64,000 bases of DNA, taken from assembly GCA_963727525.1 (NCBI GenBank), contig CAVSGO010000007.1, positions 32,001 through 96,000 of the forward strand, read 5' to 3'. The notes under the pieces are model-generated. The model did not search any database and was not told the origin of the DNA. It saw only the letters and a list, made by a program, of their open reading frames with translations. The position numbers and the translations under genes are program-made. This document shows, piece by piece, positions 63,883 through 64,000 of this stretch (the stretch's first letter is position 1; each line of letters starts with the position of its first letter). This DNA is from an uncultured bacterium (lineage in GTDB: Bacteria; Krumholzibacteriota; Krumholzibacteriia; LZORAL124-64-63).

Positions 63883-64000
63883 CTACTCGCCCCACTGCGC
63901 AAACACCGCCACCGGAATTGCGAGGTGCTGGCCCGGGGGTGAGCCTACGCGCGGCGGTGACGCAGACAGCCGGTCCCGCAGGTTCTTGAGTGCGCACGTG
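63883..64000 (+). mobile_element. IS91-like transposase remnant (copy 11, runs off window)
   Basis: ctactcgccccactgcgcaaacaccgcc shared with copy 7; ...AVTQTAGPAG. Confidence 0.75.

Noticed and set aside
1-64000. tRNA, rRNA, CRISPR array, prophage, retron or DGR
   Set aside because: No such signatures seen; there is no reverse transcriptase, and repeat differences are not adenine-specific as far as I could read.

Overview
GC-rich, heavily rearranged accessory region with no rRNA, tRNA, CRISPR or core genes. FlgD-Ig/T9SS-like C-terminal tails, a PorV-like fragment and a 'W-G-VK-xx-YR' C-terminus suggest a Krumholzibacteria/Latescibacteria/Eisenbacteria-type bacterium (inference). The dominant structure is about 11 copies or remnants of one IS91/ISCR-like rolling-circle (Y2) transposase element: two are near full length but frameshifted, and seven keep an oriIS-like end. 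They are interleaved with cargo: secreted FlgD-tail proteins, two beta-lactamase-family serine hydrolases, an MCP/HK/RR block, Ser/Thr kinases, an ECF sigma, a TMEM175 channel and an SLC13 permease. Three nested 3' fragments of one glycosidase-like gene occur, two attached upstream of the transposase, as expected for one-ended rolling-circle capture. Integron attC sites without an integrase (CALIN-like) lie at about 7.2, 32.5-34.3 and 52.1 kb, each next to an IS91-like piece. Two intact IS elements (IS21 with a 5-bp target duplication; IS4 with a 9-bp target duplication), a decayed rve-type element and many gene fragments complete the picture. Several frameshifts sit in homopolymers and may be sequencing errors. 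All family calls come from motif recognition by eye, not database searches.
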